Position numbers and translations under genes: made by a program. Positions 53,831-63,818 of a stretch of DNA of 64,000 bases are shown in pieces. How positions within the stretch are numbered: the stretch's first letter is position 1; the number at the start of each line of letters is the position of its first letter. Where the stretch lies: NCBI GenBank assembly GCA_043815665.1, contig JBDRIT010000025.1, forward strand, positions 145,490 to 209,489. Reading direction: 5' to 3'. The notes under the pieces were generated by a model. That model ran no database searches. It was given only the letters and a program-made list of their open reading frames with translations, and had not been told where the DNA came from. The DNA is from Pseudomonadota bacterium (GTDB taxonomy: Bacteria > Myxococcota_A > UBA9042 > CAIXZC01).

Positions 53831-55467
53831 AGCGACGGGATGCGGCTGATCGACATGGCCTGATAGGAGTTCATCATCTCCCCGGGTGGCGCCTTCAGGG
53901 TCGCCCGGAGTACCTCCTCCGAGGGCGCCGTGGAGGTGACCTCCACGATGCGAACCGACAGGGTGTCGCCCGGATTCCCCGGATCCAGAGCCAGCGCGCC
54001 TTCGCAGATGAGGACGTTCCCGTTGTCCAGCTTGCGGACCTCTCCCATCATGCTCGTGACCGCAGGAGGTTCCACCAGGTGCTCCCAGGTCTGGGTGGCG
54101 ACCCAGGTGGCGGTGTCGACCTCGTACTCCACCGCGCGGGAGTACATGGAGTTGTCCCCGGGGGCGTTGTCAAACAGCAGGATCCGGTTCCCCGGGAGCG
54201 GCACGGCGCTGTGATGGAACATGGACCAGCGTCCACCGTGGGCCAGCATGAAGTCGCCCTCGACACCGAGGCGCCAGAGGAGCGCCCCGGTGTTGCGGTC
54301 GACCTTCACCACCCAGCTCTGGTTGGCCACGGACATGACGTAGTCGCCGGTGTCCGGATCCGTGGCGATCGAGTTGCTGTGGGACCAGTCCTTGGTCCCC
54401 CCCGGGGCTCCCGGGAAGTCCATGTCCCAGAAGCCGTCGTTGTAGTTCCCCAGCAGGCGGCGGGGATCCAGAAGATCGAGGAGCCTGATCTCCCGGATGA
54501 GGTCGCCGGAGGGATCGATCTCATAGAACACGTCACCGACGATGTTGTAGGTGAGGGTGCCGCCGCCCAGGCCGGGGAAGCCGCCGATGGTCCGCATCTC
54601 GACGCCGATGGCGAGGTAGTTTCCGTCGCCGGTGACGCCGGGCCAGTGGTGGAAGGCGGGGGTCCCGAAGTCCCCGGGCTCGAGGGAGCCCTGGGTGACG
54701 AGCCCGAGGAGATCCGAGATGATGATCGGCCCCCCGTGCTCGGTGTCCACGAGGTAGGTTCCCGAGTGCGTCGGCACATAGGAGGTGCCACCGCCCTGGT
54801 GATGGTAGAACGCGACCTCACCGGCCCCGTCCAGGGCCACGGTGTACTGGTACCTGTAGACCGGCCCGTCTTCGTACATCCCGGAGAACAACGTGTACCC
54901 GGGCTGCATCCTGTCGGCGTCGATGACCTCCACCTCGAGATCCCCGAGGAAGGCCGGCAGGGGGGGCGTCGTGACGTCGACGTGCCCGATCGCGGCCACA
55001 TCGGCGGCGCTGATCGCCTGTATGTGGATTCGATAGGCGGACTCCGCCCTGAGGTCCATGACCACCAGCTTGTGCACCGCCTTCAGCGCGTCTCCGTAGG
55101 GCACCGGCACGGACTTGCCCGTGGCCAGGTTCTCCAGGCCGACGACGAGCCGCGTCGGGAGGTCCGTGCGGACCTCGAGCCACAGGACCAACCCGATCCG
55201 ATCGCTGTCCTCCACGGTGATCTTCTGGATGATCGGCGCCTGGTCGCCGGGCAGGTGATCATGGGCGATGGTGTCGGTATGGACGGTGTCGGGGTCGACG
55301 GTGTCAGGGTCCAAGGAATCCGGTTCGAAGACGTCCGGAACGGCGACCTCCTCGGCGACGGCGTCCGGGCTGACGACATCGGGGACGTCGGATGATCGGG
55401 TGGAACCGCAGCCCATGGTCCAGGCAGCGAGCGCGAGGGCGATCCAGAGCACCGAGGTTCTGAACAT
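53824..55467 (-). CDS. Aryl-sulfotransferase (ASST)-like beta-propeller lipoprotein, paralogue 1
   Basis: Signal peptide/lipobox MFRTSVLWIALALAAWTMGC. DWSHSNSIATDPDTGDYVMSVANQSWVVKVDRNTGALLWRLG matches the ASST core pattern as I recall it. Confidence 0.6.
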   Translation of the reverse strand: MFRTSVLWIALALAAWTMGCGSTRSSDVPDVVSPDAVAEEVAVPDVFEPDSLDPDTVDPDTVHTDTIAHDHLPGDQAPIIQKITVEDSDRIGLVLWLEVRTDLPTRLVVGLENLATGKSVPVPYGDALKAVHKLVVMDLRAESAYRIHIQAISAADVAAIGHVDVTTPPLPAFLGDLEVEVIDADRMQPGYTLFSGMYEDGPVYRYQYTVALDGAGEVAFYHHQGGGTSYVPTHSGTYLVDTEHGGPIIISDLLGLVTQGSLEPGDFGTPAFHHWPGVTGDGNYLAIGVEMRTIGGFPGLGGGTLTYNIVGDVFYEIDPSGDLIREIRLLDLLDPRRLLGNYNDGFWDMDFPGAPGGTKDWSHSNSIATDPDTGDYVMSVANQSWVVKVDRNTGALLWRLGVEGDFMLAHGGRWSMFHHSAVPLPGNRILLFDNAPGDNSMYSRAVEYEVDTATWVATQTWEHLVEPPAVTSMMGEVRKLDNGNVLICEGALALDPGNPGDTLSVRIVEVTSTAPSEEVLRATLKAPPGEMMNSYQAMSISRIPSLY

Positions 55468-55630
55468 CAGAAGCTCCCCACCCCGTCAATCGAGCACGCT
55501 CCGGGAGCGGGCTGGCGATGAAACATCTTCGGCCCGTTCATCTCCCACAACGCGAGGGTATGGAGCGCCAAGCAGTTGTCAAGGGCCCCAATGGTGCAGA
55601 TTCCCGGGATGTCGAACCACGGCAGGTTCT

Positions 55631-57664
55631 CTACAGGCACTTCGCGGTCTGGGGGTCGCAGGTCTGGTCCTCGGGGCAGGTCCCGCAGTCGCAGGACTGG
55701 CCGAGGTAGAAGGCCCCGACGACGCCGCACTCGCGGTCCTCGCAGAAGGGGGCGCAGAGGGCGGCTTCGTCCATGCAGGCCCCGGCCTCGTCGCAGAGGA
55801 ACCCCTGGGGACAGGCGCCGCAATCGCAGGACAGGTCCAGCAGTCCGCAGACCCGATCCTGGGACGCGCAGGTCTCGTCGCAGTCCACGCACTGCCCCTC
55901 CAGACAGATCAAGCCCGGGAAGCAGATGCCGCAGATGCAACCACTGATCCAGCCGCACTCCGCGCCCGCGCAGACCTCCTCGCAGGAGGGCGGCGGCGGG
56001 GGCTCCCGGGGGTGCACCACCCAGCCAGGAGGATAGAGCCCCGTGAGCCGCTCCGCAGCGAAGGACGTGATCTTCTTCACCTTCGGGTCCAGAGGCCCCC
56101 CGATGTCCAGGCCGAAGACGCGCTCCCCGACGGGCTCCCTGCGGACGATCTCCAGCCGGATCCACAGCCGGTTGTCGGACCCGAAGGGCGACGCCTCGGG
56201 GTGCTCGACCAGGGAGCCGTGGAGGATCAGGACCATGTCGTCGGGCAGGACGTCCACGTCCGCGGGCCCCATGCAGTAAAACGGGACACCCCCGCCGTCC
56301 CAGGACCAGATCTCCTCGGCCTCCCAGGGGCCGCCGCCCTGGGGGGCGCTCATTGCGTACTCGACCACCCTGCTGCGCCGCTCGGCCTTGAAGACGCCGT
56401 CGTCGTAGAGCAGGACCCGCCCCTCGGCGCTCCACTCCGCGCCGTGGGGGACCGAGAACCACCCGCCCCCGTCGGCCAGCGCGACGTCCCCCCCCTCGCC
56501 CAGGGACCAGACCGGCTTGCCGGTCCCCCGGTCCAGCTTGACGATCATGTCCTGGTTCGCCAGGGAGACCACGTAGCTGTCGTCGTCGGGGTCGTACTGG
56601 ACCGCGTTGCCATGGGACCAGTCCTTGGCGCCCCCGGCTGCGTCGGGATAGAGGAGGAACCAGAAGGGGGTCAGGAACCCGGGGTTGTAGTGGTAGGGGT
56701 CGAGGACGTCCAGGAGGCTCCAGGCGCGGACCGGCAGGCCCTCCCGGGGCAGCTCTACCACGACGTCGCCCACCACGGAGTAGCCCGTGGTGGAGCCGTC
56801 CCCCCGCGTATAACCGTCGACCCACCGCAGCTCCGGGGCCAGGGAGAGGAGGCTGCCATCGGGGCCCGGCGCCACAGCGTGGTGCAGGCCGTCGAGGCCG
56901 AGGTCCGCCGGGCGCCACTCGTGGAGCACGTTGCCGAGCATGTCGATCTCGCGGATCCCGTCGGACTCCCCGAAGGCGACCACGAGGGTGCCCGCCGCGG
57001 TCCGCCGGGCCTCCACGAGGGTCTCCGTGGCCCGGTGGTACCACACCACCTCCCCCTCATCGTCCACGACCACCAGGATCCCCTGGTCCAGCACCCCGGA
57101 GCCCCAGAGGATCAGGTTGAGGAGCGTCATCCCCTGGGCCATGTCCTCCGGCGGGGACTCGAGGAGCGTGAACCGGGGGAAGTCATCGGGGAGGGGACCG
57201 GTGTCCCAGGTGAGGGATTCGTCCACCGTGGCGTTGGCCGCCCCGTCGACAACTTCCAACGTAAAGTGGTAGCTCCGGTCGGCCCGCAGCCTGAGAACCG
57301 GCACCAGATGCGTCGTGGCGGGTGCGAGGTCCGCGGTGAGATCCCAGCTCCGCCCGGTGCCGACCTCGTCCACGACGAGGGTCCAGGTCACCGGCTCGTC
57401 GGTGCCGAAGGTCAGGGCCACGGCCAGGGGGTTCCCGCCCACTGGGACCAAGGCGAGATCCAAGATGACCGGAGGATCGAGGTCCAGGGGCGCGGCGTCG
57501 GTCTCCGTGCTCGTCTCCGTATCTGCAGACACCTCCGAAGACGCGTCCGCAGGCACCTCGGCGTCCGCCGCGGAGCACGCGCCGGCGCAAGGCTCCGCAC
57601 CGCAACCCGGAAGGGCGATGATGATCATCAACAGCAGATTGCCCGACAGCCGGGACAAGAACAT
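55631..57664 (-). CDS. ASST-like beta-propeller lipoprotein, paralogue 2, with a ~120-aa Cys-rich C-terminal extension
   Basis: Lipobox IIALPGCG. DWSHGNAVQYDPDDDSYVVSLANQDMIVKLDRGTGKPVWSLG. C-terminus PPPPPSCEEVCAGAECGW...CDCGTCPEDQTCDPQTAKCL. Confidence 0.6.
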   Translation of the reverse strand: MFLSRLSGNLLLMIIIALPGCGAEPCAGACSAADAEVPADASSEVSADTETSTETDAAPLDLDPPVILDLALVPVGGNPLAVALTFGTDEPVTWTLVVDEVGTGRSWDLTADLAPATTHLVPVLRLRADRSYHFTLEVVDGAANATVDESLTWDTGPLPDDFPRFTLLESPPEDMAQGMTLLNLILWGSGVLDQGILVVVDDEGEVVWYHRATETLVEARRTAAGTLVVAFGESDGIREIDMLGNVLHEWRPADLGLDGLHHAVAPGPDGSLLSLAPELRWVDGYTRGDGSTTGYSVVGDVVVELPREGLPVRAWSLLDVLDPYHYNPGFLTPFWFLLYPDAAGGAKDWSHGNAVQYDPDDDSYVVSLANQDMIVKLDRGTGKPVWSLGEGGDVALADGGGWFSVPHGAEWSAEGRVLLYDDGVFKAERRSRVVEYAMSAPQGGGPWEAEEIWSWDGGGVPFYCMGPADVDVLPDDMVLILHGSLVEHPEASPFGSDNRLWIRLEIVRREPVGERVFGLDIGGPLDPKVKKITSFAAERLTGLYPPGWVVHPREPPPPPSCEEVCAGAECGWISGCICGICFPGLICLEGQCVDCDETCASQDRVCGLLDLSCDCGACPQGFLCDEAGACMDEAALCAPFCEDRECGVVGAFYLGQSCDCGTCPEDQTCDPQTAKCL

Positions 57665-57824
57665 ACGTCCACCTCGACGTCCACTCGTCGCGCAGGATAC
57701 AGAGTGACTGCGCCCCCCGCAACGGGCTGTTTCAATTCGTTTTGATTTGACCCACCGCTCCTGTTGTCAAGCACCTCCCGAAACCCTACTGTATAGCTCG
57801 CAAGCTGGGGGGGGAGGAGTTCCA

Positions 57825-59414
57825 ATGACCAGAATGTCCGTGCTCTGGATTGCATTTTTCTTCGTGGCCTCGGCCCACGGCTGCGGCCCGGACCGCCCCG
57901 CCGACTCCACTGATGTGGACGCTTCGATCCGGGCAGACCTCGGCCCGGAGGTCGGCGCGGCCGACAGTGATGGCCCGGAGTTGACAGGGTCGGACACGGT
58001 CACGGACACGGCCCCTGGCTCCGCACCGGTCTTCGAGGTCCTCACCGTGGCCCAGAGCGCCAAGATCGGCCTGGTCGCCTGGCTCAACATCGCCACGGAC
58101 GTCCCCACGCAGCTCACCGTGACCCTCGAGGATCTGGCCACAGGCCTCACCACCCCGATTCCCACCACCGGCGCCCTGGCAAAGAAACACGCGCCGGTGG
58201 TCATGGACCTGCGCGCGGAGAGGGCGTACCGGATCCACATCGACGCGTTCGACACGGACGGGATGACCGTGTCCGGCGCCCTGGACTTCGAGACGGCCCC
58301 CCTCCCCGCCTTCTTCGCCGGGCTCGACGTGAGCATCTCCGACGGGGAGAGGATGCAGCCCGGCTACACCCTGGTCTCCGCAAAGGACGACAGCGGCCTG
58401 GTCACCTTCGCGCTGAACGCGGCGCGGGAGGTCGTGTTCTACAACACCGTCTCCACCTCCTTCGTCGTCCCGACCCCCGCCGGCAACTACCTCGCCGCCA
58501 TGGAACACGGCGGCCCCATCTACACGTCGACGCTCCTGGGGAAGTCCGGGGCCACGATCGACCCCATGGCATACGGGACCCTGCTCTTCCACCACCTGCC
58601 GGGGATCAGCCCGGAAGGAAACTACCTCACCCTCGGCGTCGAACTGCGGAGCATCGAGGGCTATCCCGTCGAGGGCGGCGGCACCGCGACGTACCAGGTC
58701 GTCGGGGACATCTTCTACGAGCTGACCCCGGCGGGCGAGCTCGTCAACAAGGTGCAGCTCTTCGATGTCCTGGATCCGTACCGGGTCGGCTGGTGCTTCG
58801 ATTGCCCCTTCTGGGCCATGGACTTCCCCGGCCTCCCGGGCGGGCCCAAGGACTGGTCCCACTCCAACTCCCTCACCATCGATCCCGACGACGGGAACTA
58901 CGTCGCATCGGTGCTGAACCAGAACTGGGTGGTGAAGCTCCGCCGGGACACGGGCGCGCTCATCTGGCGCCTCGGCCCGGAGGGCGACTTCCAGCTCGCC
59001 CCCGGCGGGCGATGGTCTGGGAGGCACCACGGGGTGTCGCCGCAGCAGGGGGATCGGATCCTGCTCTACGACAACGATCCGGCCAGCCCACCCTTGTTCT
59101 CCCGCGCCGTGGAGTACTCCCTCGACACCGCCGACTGGGTCGCCACCCAGACCTGGGAGTACCAGGTGGACCCACCGGGAATGACGGACCCCCTCGGCGA
59201 AGTCCATCGCCTGGACAACGGGAACGTCCTGATCTGCGAGGCGGCCCTCTGGGAAGTCCTGGAGGACCAGGGCAGCCCCACCTGGGGCCGCGTCGTGGAG
59301 GTCACCTATCCGGCGCCGTCGGAGGAGGTGTTCCGCATGACCCTCAAGCGGCCGGACGGCGAGACGAACTTCTACGAGATCTTCTCGGCCCGCCGGATCC
59401 CGAGCCTGTACTAG
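57825..59414 (+). CDS. ASST-like beta-propeller lipoprotein, paralogue 3
   Basis: gggaggagttccaATG. MTRMSVLWIAFFFVASAHGC. DWSHSNSLTIDPDDGNYVASVLNQNWVVKLRRDTGALIWRLG. Ends ...RRIPSLY, as paralogue 1 does (ISRIPSLY). Confidence 0.6.
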   Translation: MTRMSVLWIAFFFVASAHGCGPDRPADSTDVDASIRADLGPEVGAADSDGPELTGSDTVTDTAPGSAPVFEVLTVAQSAKIGLVAWLNIATDVPTQLTVTLEDLATGLTTPIPTTGALAKKHAPVVMDLRAERAYRIHIDAFDTDGMTVSGALDFETAPLPAFFAGLDVSISDGERMQPGYTLVSAKDDSGLVTFALNAAREVVFYNTVSTSFVVPTPAGNYLAAMEHGGPIYTSTLLGKSGATIDPMAYGTLLFHHLPGISPEGNYLTLGVELRSIEGYPVEGGGTATYQVVGDIFYELTPAGELVNKVQLFDVLDPYRVGWCFDCPFWAMDFPGLPGGPKDWSHSNSLTIDPDDGNYVASVLNQNWVVKLRRDTGALIWRLGPEGDFQLAPGGRWSGRHHGVSPQQGDRILLYDNDPASPPLFSRAVEYSLDTADWVATQTWEYQVDPPGMTDPLGEVHRLDNGNVLICEAALWEVLEDQGSPTWGRVVEVTYPAPSEEVFRMTLKRPDGETNFYEIFSARRIPSLY

Positions 59415-59456
59415 GATTCAACCCTACCGCAACCAGGGTCGCACGAACCGACTCAT

Positions 59457-59534
59457 AGCCGGGGAGCCTGCGACCCGGATTCCCGCGGGCGATCCAAGCT
59501 GAGAGGAAGAATCCGGGTCGCAGGCTCCCCGGCT
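59457..59534. repeat. REP-like palindromic element: perfect 26-bp stem (agccggggagcctgcgacccggattc / gaatccgggtcgcaggctccccggct) with a 26-nt loop, between convergent genes
   Basis: Read directly from the sequence. Both arms match the element at 15929-15958. Confidence 0.55.
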
Positions 59535-59689
59535 GTGACCGTCCGATGCTTGACACATCGCCGAACGACGGACCATCGGACGCCGTCGCCGCACCTTTCC
59601 GTGGGACCGGGTTCAGACGGCGGGAGAAGAACGCCCCACGGCCTCGCAGCGATGCGCTCAACCGGCGACGGAAGCTCTTGGAGGGCCGC

Positions 59690-62047
59690 TTATAGCGCGT
59701 CGAAGTCCGAGCAGAAGAGGTAGCCCCCCCCGTCCCGCCAACAGAAGCAGGTCAACCAGGTGTTGTAGAGCTCCTTGAGGAGATCGGGATCCGTGGAGAG
59801 GGCCACGTTCCCCGCGAACCGGAGGAGCTCACCCCCGGAGAAGGTCTGGTTGTCGTCGTGACAGATCCAGAACGCGTTGACCGGCTCCGACGGATCGGCC
59901 GCGGCCAGGGGACACACGCGGTAGTTGTTGTGGGAATCGTCGGAGCCCGGTTCGCCTGTCTGCTTGACCTCGACGTCCGCGATGGTGAACTTCACCACGC
60001 CGAGCTCCGAGTTCGCGGGCAGCAGGTGCTCCCCCGAGTCCTTGAGGTCCTTGAGCATGGTCTTCGGGAAGGTGACCCACACGGAGATGTACCGGAAGTG
60101 ACTGGAGGAGTAATACTCGAAGTTCCCCTCCTTGTGCACCTTGACATACTCCTGCCCGTAGAAGGAGCTGGCGGCCACGCTCAACGTGCCGTCGTCGAGG
60201 AAGAAGTCCTGGCCCCCCACGACGATGTGGAACTCCGCGTCAGAGACGCTGAGCCCTTCGATCCCCCCGATCTCGCCGATGACCTCCATCACCGCGTGGT
60301 CGTCCGCGAAGGGGGCGAGGAAGTCATCCGGCTGCCCGCAGTTGATCACCTCGGGCTCGTCCTCCCACAGCTCCTCGGTCTGCATGGTCTCGGCCAGGAA
60401 CTCCTCGTCCCCGGCGAAGTCCACCGGCAGGATGACGTCCACGCAGGACGTGTCCGGCGCGGCGCTCGGGTCCTTGAGCCAGGCCATCGCGATCTCGAAG
60501 CCGCAGTCGGTCTCGAAGGTCTCGTCCATGGGTGACTCGAACATGGCGCTGTCCCGCACCCCCGGCAGGACCACGAAGTGCTGGTGCGGCCCGGTGAGGC
60601 GCTCCTCCGCGTCCGCGACGCTGGCCAGGGGCGTCCTGTAGTTGAGGTCTCCGTGGAGGATCAGGATCGGCACCTCCGGCGGCGCCCACTTGCCATAGGC
60701 CTCGTCCAGCGGGTACCGGGGCCAGTACGCGAGCTGGACCGTGTTGAAGTAGCTCAGATACCGGGTGGAGATCAGGTCGGCCTCGTAGGCGAGGATCTCC
60801 TCGAGGGTCATCGCCCCCCCGGCGGGCTCGTAGACCATCTCCGAGAGCATCAGGAATCGGCCGATGATCGTTGACATCTCCTGGCGCCAATAGACCTCTT
60901 CGGCGGTGTAGAACGCGATGGCGTTGTAGATCGCGACCGCGTCCTCGTCGGTGCAGCGGTCGAGGCGGTAGAAGATCGCCGGGATCAAGGACCGCCCGTG
61001 CCAGTCGTACAGGCCGAGGTTGATGATGAACTGCTGGAGGGCCGAGGGGGTGACGTTCAAGCTCTGCAGCTTGTCGCAGATCAGCCCGTCCTTGTAGTCC
61101 TGGAAGACGTCGGCGGCGAAGCCCGCAGGATCCTCCCCCAACTTGGCCGAGCAGAGGTCGTCCTCCGCGCAGCGCTCGAAGATCGCCTTGGTGACCTCGT
61201 TCTCCTCCAGATCCTGGATGTCCACCTGGTAGCCCGCCGGCGGGACCAGGGAGTCCAGGACCACCGCGTCGGGCTGACGGGGGAAGAGGACCGCGTAGCG
61301 ATGGGCCCAGTAGGTGCCGTAGGACTGGCCGTAGACCAGCCGCGCCTTCCCGGGCTCGCTGACCAGGGACACCAGGAGGGCCACGTCCGCTGCGGCCGCC
61401 GAGACGGTGAAGCCGTCGAGGGGACCCCACTCCGCCTCGAGATACGCGGCACAGTCCTCCCACTCGCTGCCCTGGATCTTCCTCCCGCCGGGGCTGTCGG
61501 GGCTCCCCTGCTCGGGACAGGTCATCGCGTGGCTGAGGCCGGTGCCCCTGTGATCGAGGGCATACACGTCCATCTTGGGGTCCGCCTGAAAGACCCGCTC
61601 CATCTCCTGACTCAGGGTGTCGGTTCCGGGAAACCCCGGCCCGCCCTCGAGCATGAAGAGCTGCCGCTCCGAGCCCTCTTGCACCAGACGCTTCACGTGG
61701 ACCGTGAACACGTCGCTCTTCGGGTCCTCCCAGAAGAACGGGACCGTGATGTCCGCGCACTCCGCAACGCCGCTCTTGTTGCCGTCGTGGAGCGGGCAGG
61801 GCGCCCACGTCACCTCCTGCTCCAGGAACTCCTGGGGAAGGATGATGGGATCCGGCGGACCGTCCTCCGCGACATCGCCGACGACATCGACCACGGTGGT
61901 GTCTGCGTCCGGACCAGGGCCGGCGATGTCCTCGCCCCGAGGCAGGTCACCATTCTGTGACAGGATGGCGGGTCTCTCGCCGGGGGAGCAACTGCCGAGA
62001 GCCACCACAACGGCAAGGACCTGCAAACGCAGGGCGAAGGATGTCAT
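59690..62047 (-). CDS. Secreted alpha/beta-hydrolase lipoprotein of the S33 (tripeptidyl/prolyl aminopeptidase-like) family with a large C-terminal extension
   Basis: ctctgaggtgagccATG. Lipobox VVALGSCS. GGPGFPG...DHRGTGLS...GQSYGT nucleophile elbow. Confidence 0.7.
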   Translation of the reverse strand: MTSFALRLQVLAVVVALGSCSPGERPAILSQNGDLPRGEDIAGPGPDADTTVVDVVGDVAEDGPPDPIILPQEFLEQEVTWAPCPLHDGNKSGVAECADITVPFFWEDPKSDVFTVHVKRLVQEGSERQLFMLEGGPGFPGTDTLSQEMERVFQADPKMDVYALDHRGTGLSHAMTCPEQGSPDSPGGRKIQGSEWEDCAAYLEAEWGPLDGFTVSAAAADVALLVSLVSEPGKARLVYGQSYGTYWAHRYAVLFPRQPDAVVLDSLVPPAGYQVDIQDLEENEVTKAIFERCAEDDLCSAKLGEDPAGFAADVFQDYKDGLICDKLQSLNVTPSALQQFIINLGLYDWHGRSLIPAIFYRLDRCTDEDAVAIYNAIAFYTAEEVYWRQEMSTIIGRFLMLSEMVYEPAGGAMTLEEILAYEADLISTRYLSYFNTVQLAYWPRYPLDEAYGKWAPPEVPILILHGDLNYRTPLASVADAEERLTGPHQHFVVLPGVRDSAMFESPMDETFETDCGFEIAMAWLKDPSAAPDTSCVDVILPVDFAGDEEFLAETMQTEELWEDEPEVINCGQPDDFLAPFADDHAVMEVIGEIGGIEGLSVSDAEFHIVVGGQDFFLDDGTLSVAASSFYGQEYVKVHKEGNFEYYSSSHFRYISVWVTFPKTMLKDLKDSGEHLLPANSELGVVKFTIADVEVKQTGEPGSDDSHNNYRVCPLAAADPSEPVNAFWICHDDNQTFSGGELLRFAGNVALSTDPDLLKELYNTWLTCFCWRDGGGYLFCSDFDAL

Positions 62048-62175
62048 GGCTCACCTCAGAGCAGAATATATCTCCGATGGCCTGAGCATATCCAGTCGTC
62101 GCCGAGGACACAAGCACAATCACGCGCCGGCCGGATCGCACCGGTACGTCCTCTCCGGAGTGGTACGCAGAGTGG

Positions 62176-62706
62176 TTACTTCTCGATATCCTTCTGGAGG
62201 GCCTCGGCCCGGGCCTGGAGCTTCTCCTGGCGGGCCTTGAACTGCTCGTCGATCTCAGCCCTCCGGCGGGCGGTCTCCTGCTCGATCTTCTCGAACTTGG
62301 CGGCCTGATCCGTCTCGAGGTCGTTGGCGTTCTTCTCGTTGTTCTGGCGGGCCTTGGTGACGCGCTTCTCCCATTGCTGACGCTCCTCTTCGACCTCCCG
62401 CTCGATCTCGGCCTTGAGGGCCTCCTCGAGCCAGGCCTTCGCCTCGGGCTGCGTCTTGAGCAGGTACTCCAGGTCCTTGCGCACGAACCCGTTCTTCTCA
62501 CAGACCGCGTCCACCAGGCCCGTCTTCGCTGCGTCCGTCGCGTCGGACCGCTTGACGAGATCTGCGGCGATCTCTGTGAAGATCGCGCGGGCCTTCTCCT
62601 CCGGGATCTCCTTCCTGCATCCGGTGACGGCCACTGCGAGGAGCAGCGTCACGAGCAGAAAGACCCGGGCGGCGAGGCGACCTGACCCCTGTCGAATCCT
62701 CTCCAC
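62176..62706 (-). CDS. Coiled-coil lipoprotein (176 aa)
   Basis: aagggagaggacaccGTG. RIRQGSGRLAARVFLLVTLLLAVAVTGC lipobox. The C-terminal half is Glu/Lys/Gln-rich with a heptad-like pattern. Confidence 0.55.
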   Translation of the reverse strand: MERIRQGSGRLAARVFLLVTLLLAVAVTGCRKEIPEEKARAIFTEIAADLVKRSDATDAAKTGLVDAVCEKNGFVRKDLEYLLKTQPEAKAWLEEALKAEIEREVEEERQQWEKRVTKARQNNEKNANDLETDQAAKFEKIEQETARRRAEIDEQFKARQEKLQARAEALQKDIEK

Positions 62707-62864
62707 GGTGTCCTCTCCCTTCCGATGCAGATTCGGCGCTGGCGAACATCTCGAAGTCCAGCGAATTCGGAGTCTATTCCATCTTTCGGCCCCTTGTCCA
62801 CAGGAATTGACCCCGCACCTCGGGAGTGGTATCGAGAAGGGCGGGATCAACCTCGGAGGACCCG

Positions 62865-63818
62865 ATGCTGCGACGTCTCACGCCCATGGCGACCGTGCTG
62901 ACGATGCTCCTGTCCCTGGCTGCGCACGCGGCAGCGGGGCCCCCGAAGGAGAAACCCGATCCGGACCGGCGCGTCCTGGATGTGACCAAGGACGGGGAGA
63001 AGATCGGCGAGCTCAGCTACAAGTGGGTCCGCACTCCGTCGGGGAACGAATTCGCCTCGTCCAAGGCCGAGCTCAAGAACGGCGGCTCGAAGTACGTCAT
63101 CCGCACGCACCTGAAGCGCCGCCCGGACGGCGTCGTGGACAAGTACAAGAAGTGGATCGGTCTCGAGGGCGCGAAGCCCGACGTGATCGCCTTCTGGAAG
63201 GGGGACAAGGTCCGCACGGTCTCCCGTCTCCCCGACCGGAAGTTCACACGCACCTTCGACCCGCCGGAGTCCTTCTCCATCGTCGACGAGCTGGGCTTCC
63301 ACCTGTACCGCGACTTCGTCCGCGCCTGGCGGACGAAGGGCGACGGTCCTCGGGATGTCCTGGGGATCACGGACGGCAAGTTCGCGCAGGTCGCGGTCAC
63401 CGGCGCAGGCACCGCGCAGATCACCCGCAAGGACAAGGCCCGGACCGTGGACGTGGTCGCGGTCGAGCTGGACGGCCAGCGGACCCTGATCTATGCGGAC
63501 GAGGAGGACGAGCTCTGGGGCATCATCGCGCCGGGGCTGACCCTCACCCGGGGCGGCTGGACCCTCGGCGCGGTCCAGGCGCCCGTCGCGGCCCCGTCGG
63601 ATCCCGAAGGAGTCGGGGCTGCACCCGAAGGGCATCAGTCTCGTACGAGCGGAGCTCCGTCCGCTCAACTCGACGACAGAGCCCCTCCCACAGTGGAGGA
63701 GACCCCCGAACCCGCCCGGCGCCCAAGCCCCTCCCCATCGATTAGCCCGCGTTCTCCACCAGCTCGACCTGGATCTCCGGCGGATGCTCGAGGGTTTTAT
63801 GCACGGTGCAGGCCTTGA
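62865..63818 (+). CDS. Secreted hypothetical protein with Pro/Ser-rich C-terminal tail
   Basis: cggaggacccgATG. Signal peptide MLRRLTPMATVLTMLLSLAAHAAAG. The 3' end overlaps the convergent osmC-like gene by 77 nt. Confidence 0.5.
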   Translation: MLRRLTPMATVLTMLLSLAAHAAAGPPKEKPDPDRRVLDVTKDGEKIGELSYKWVRTPSGNEFASSKAELKNGGSKYVIRTHLKRRPDGVVDKYKKWIGLEGAKPDVIAFWKGDKVRTVSRLPDRKFTRTFDPPESFSIVDELGFHLYRDFVRAWRTKGDGPRDVLGITDGKFAQVAVTGAGTAQITRKDKARTVDVVAVELDGQRTLIYADEEDELWGIIAPGLTLTRGGWTLGAVQAPVAAPSDPEGVGAAPEGHQSRTSGAPSAQLDDRAPPTVEETPEPARRPSPSPSISPRSPPARPGSPADARGFYARCRP

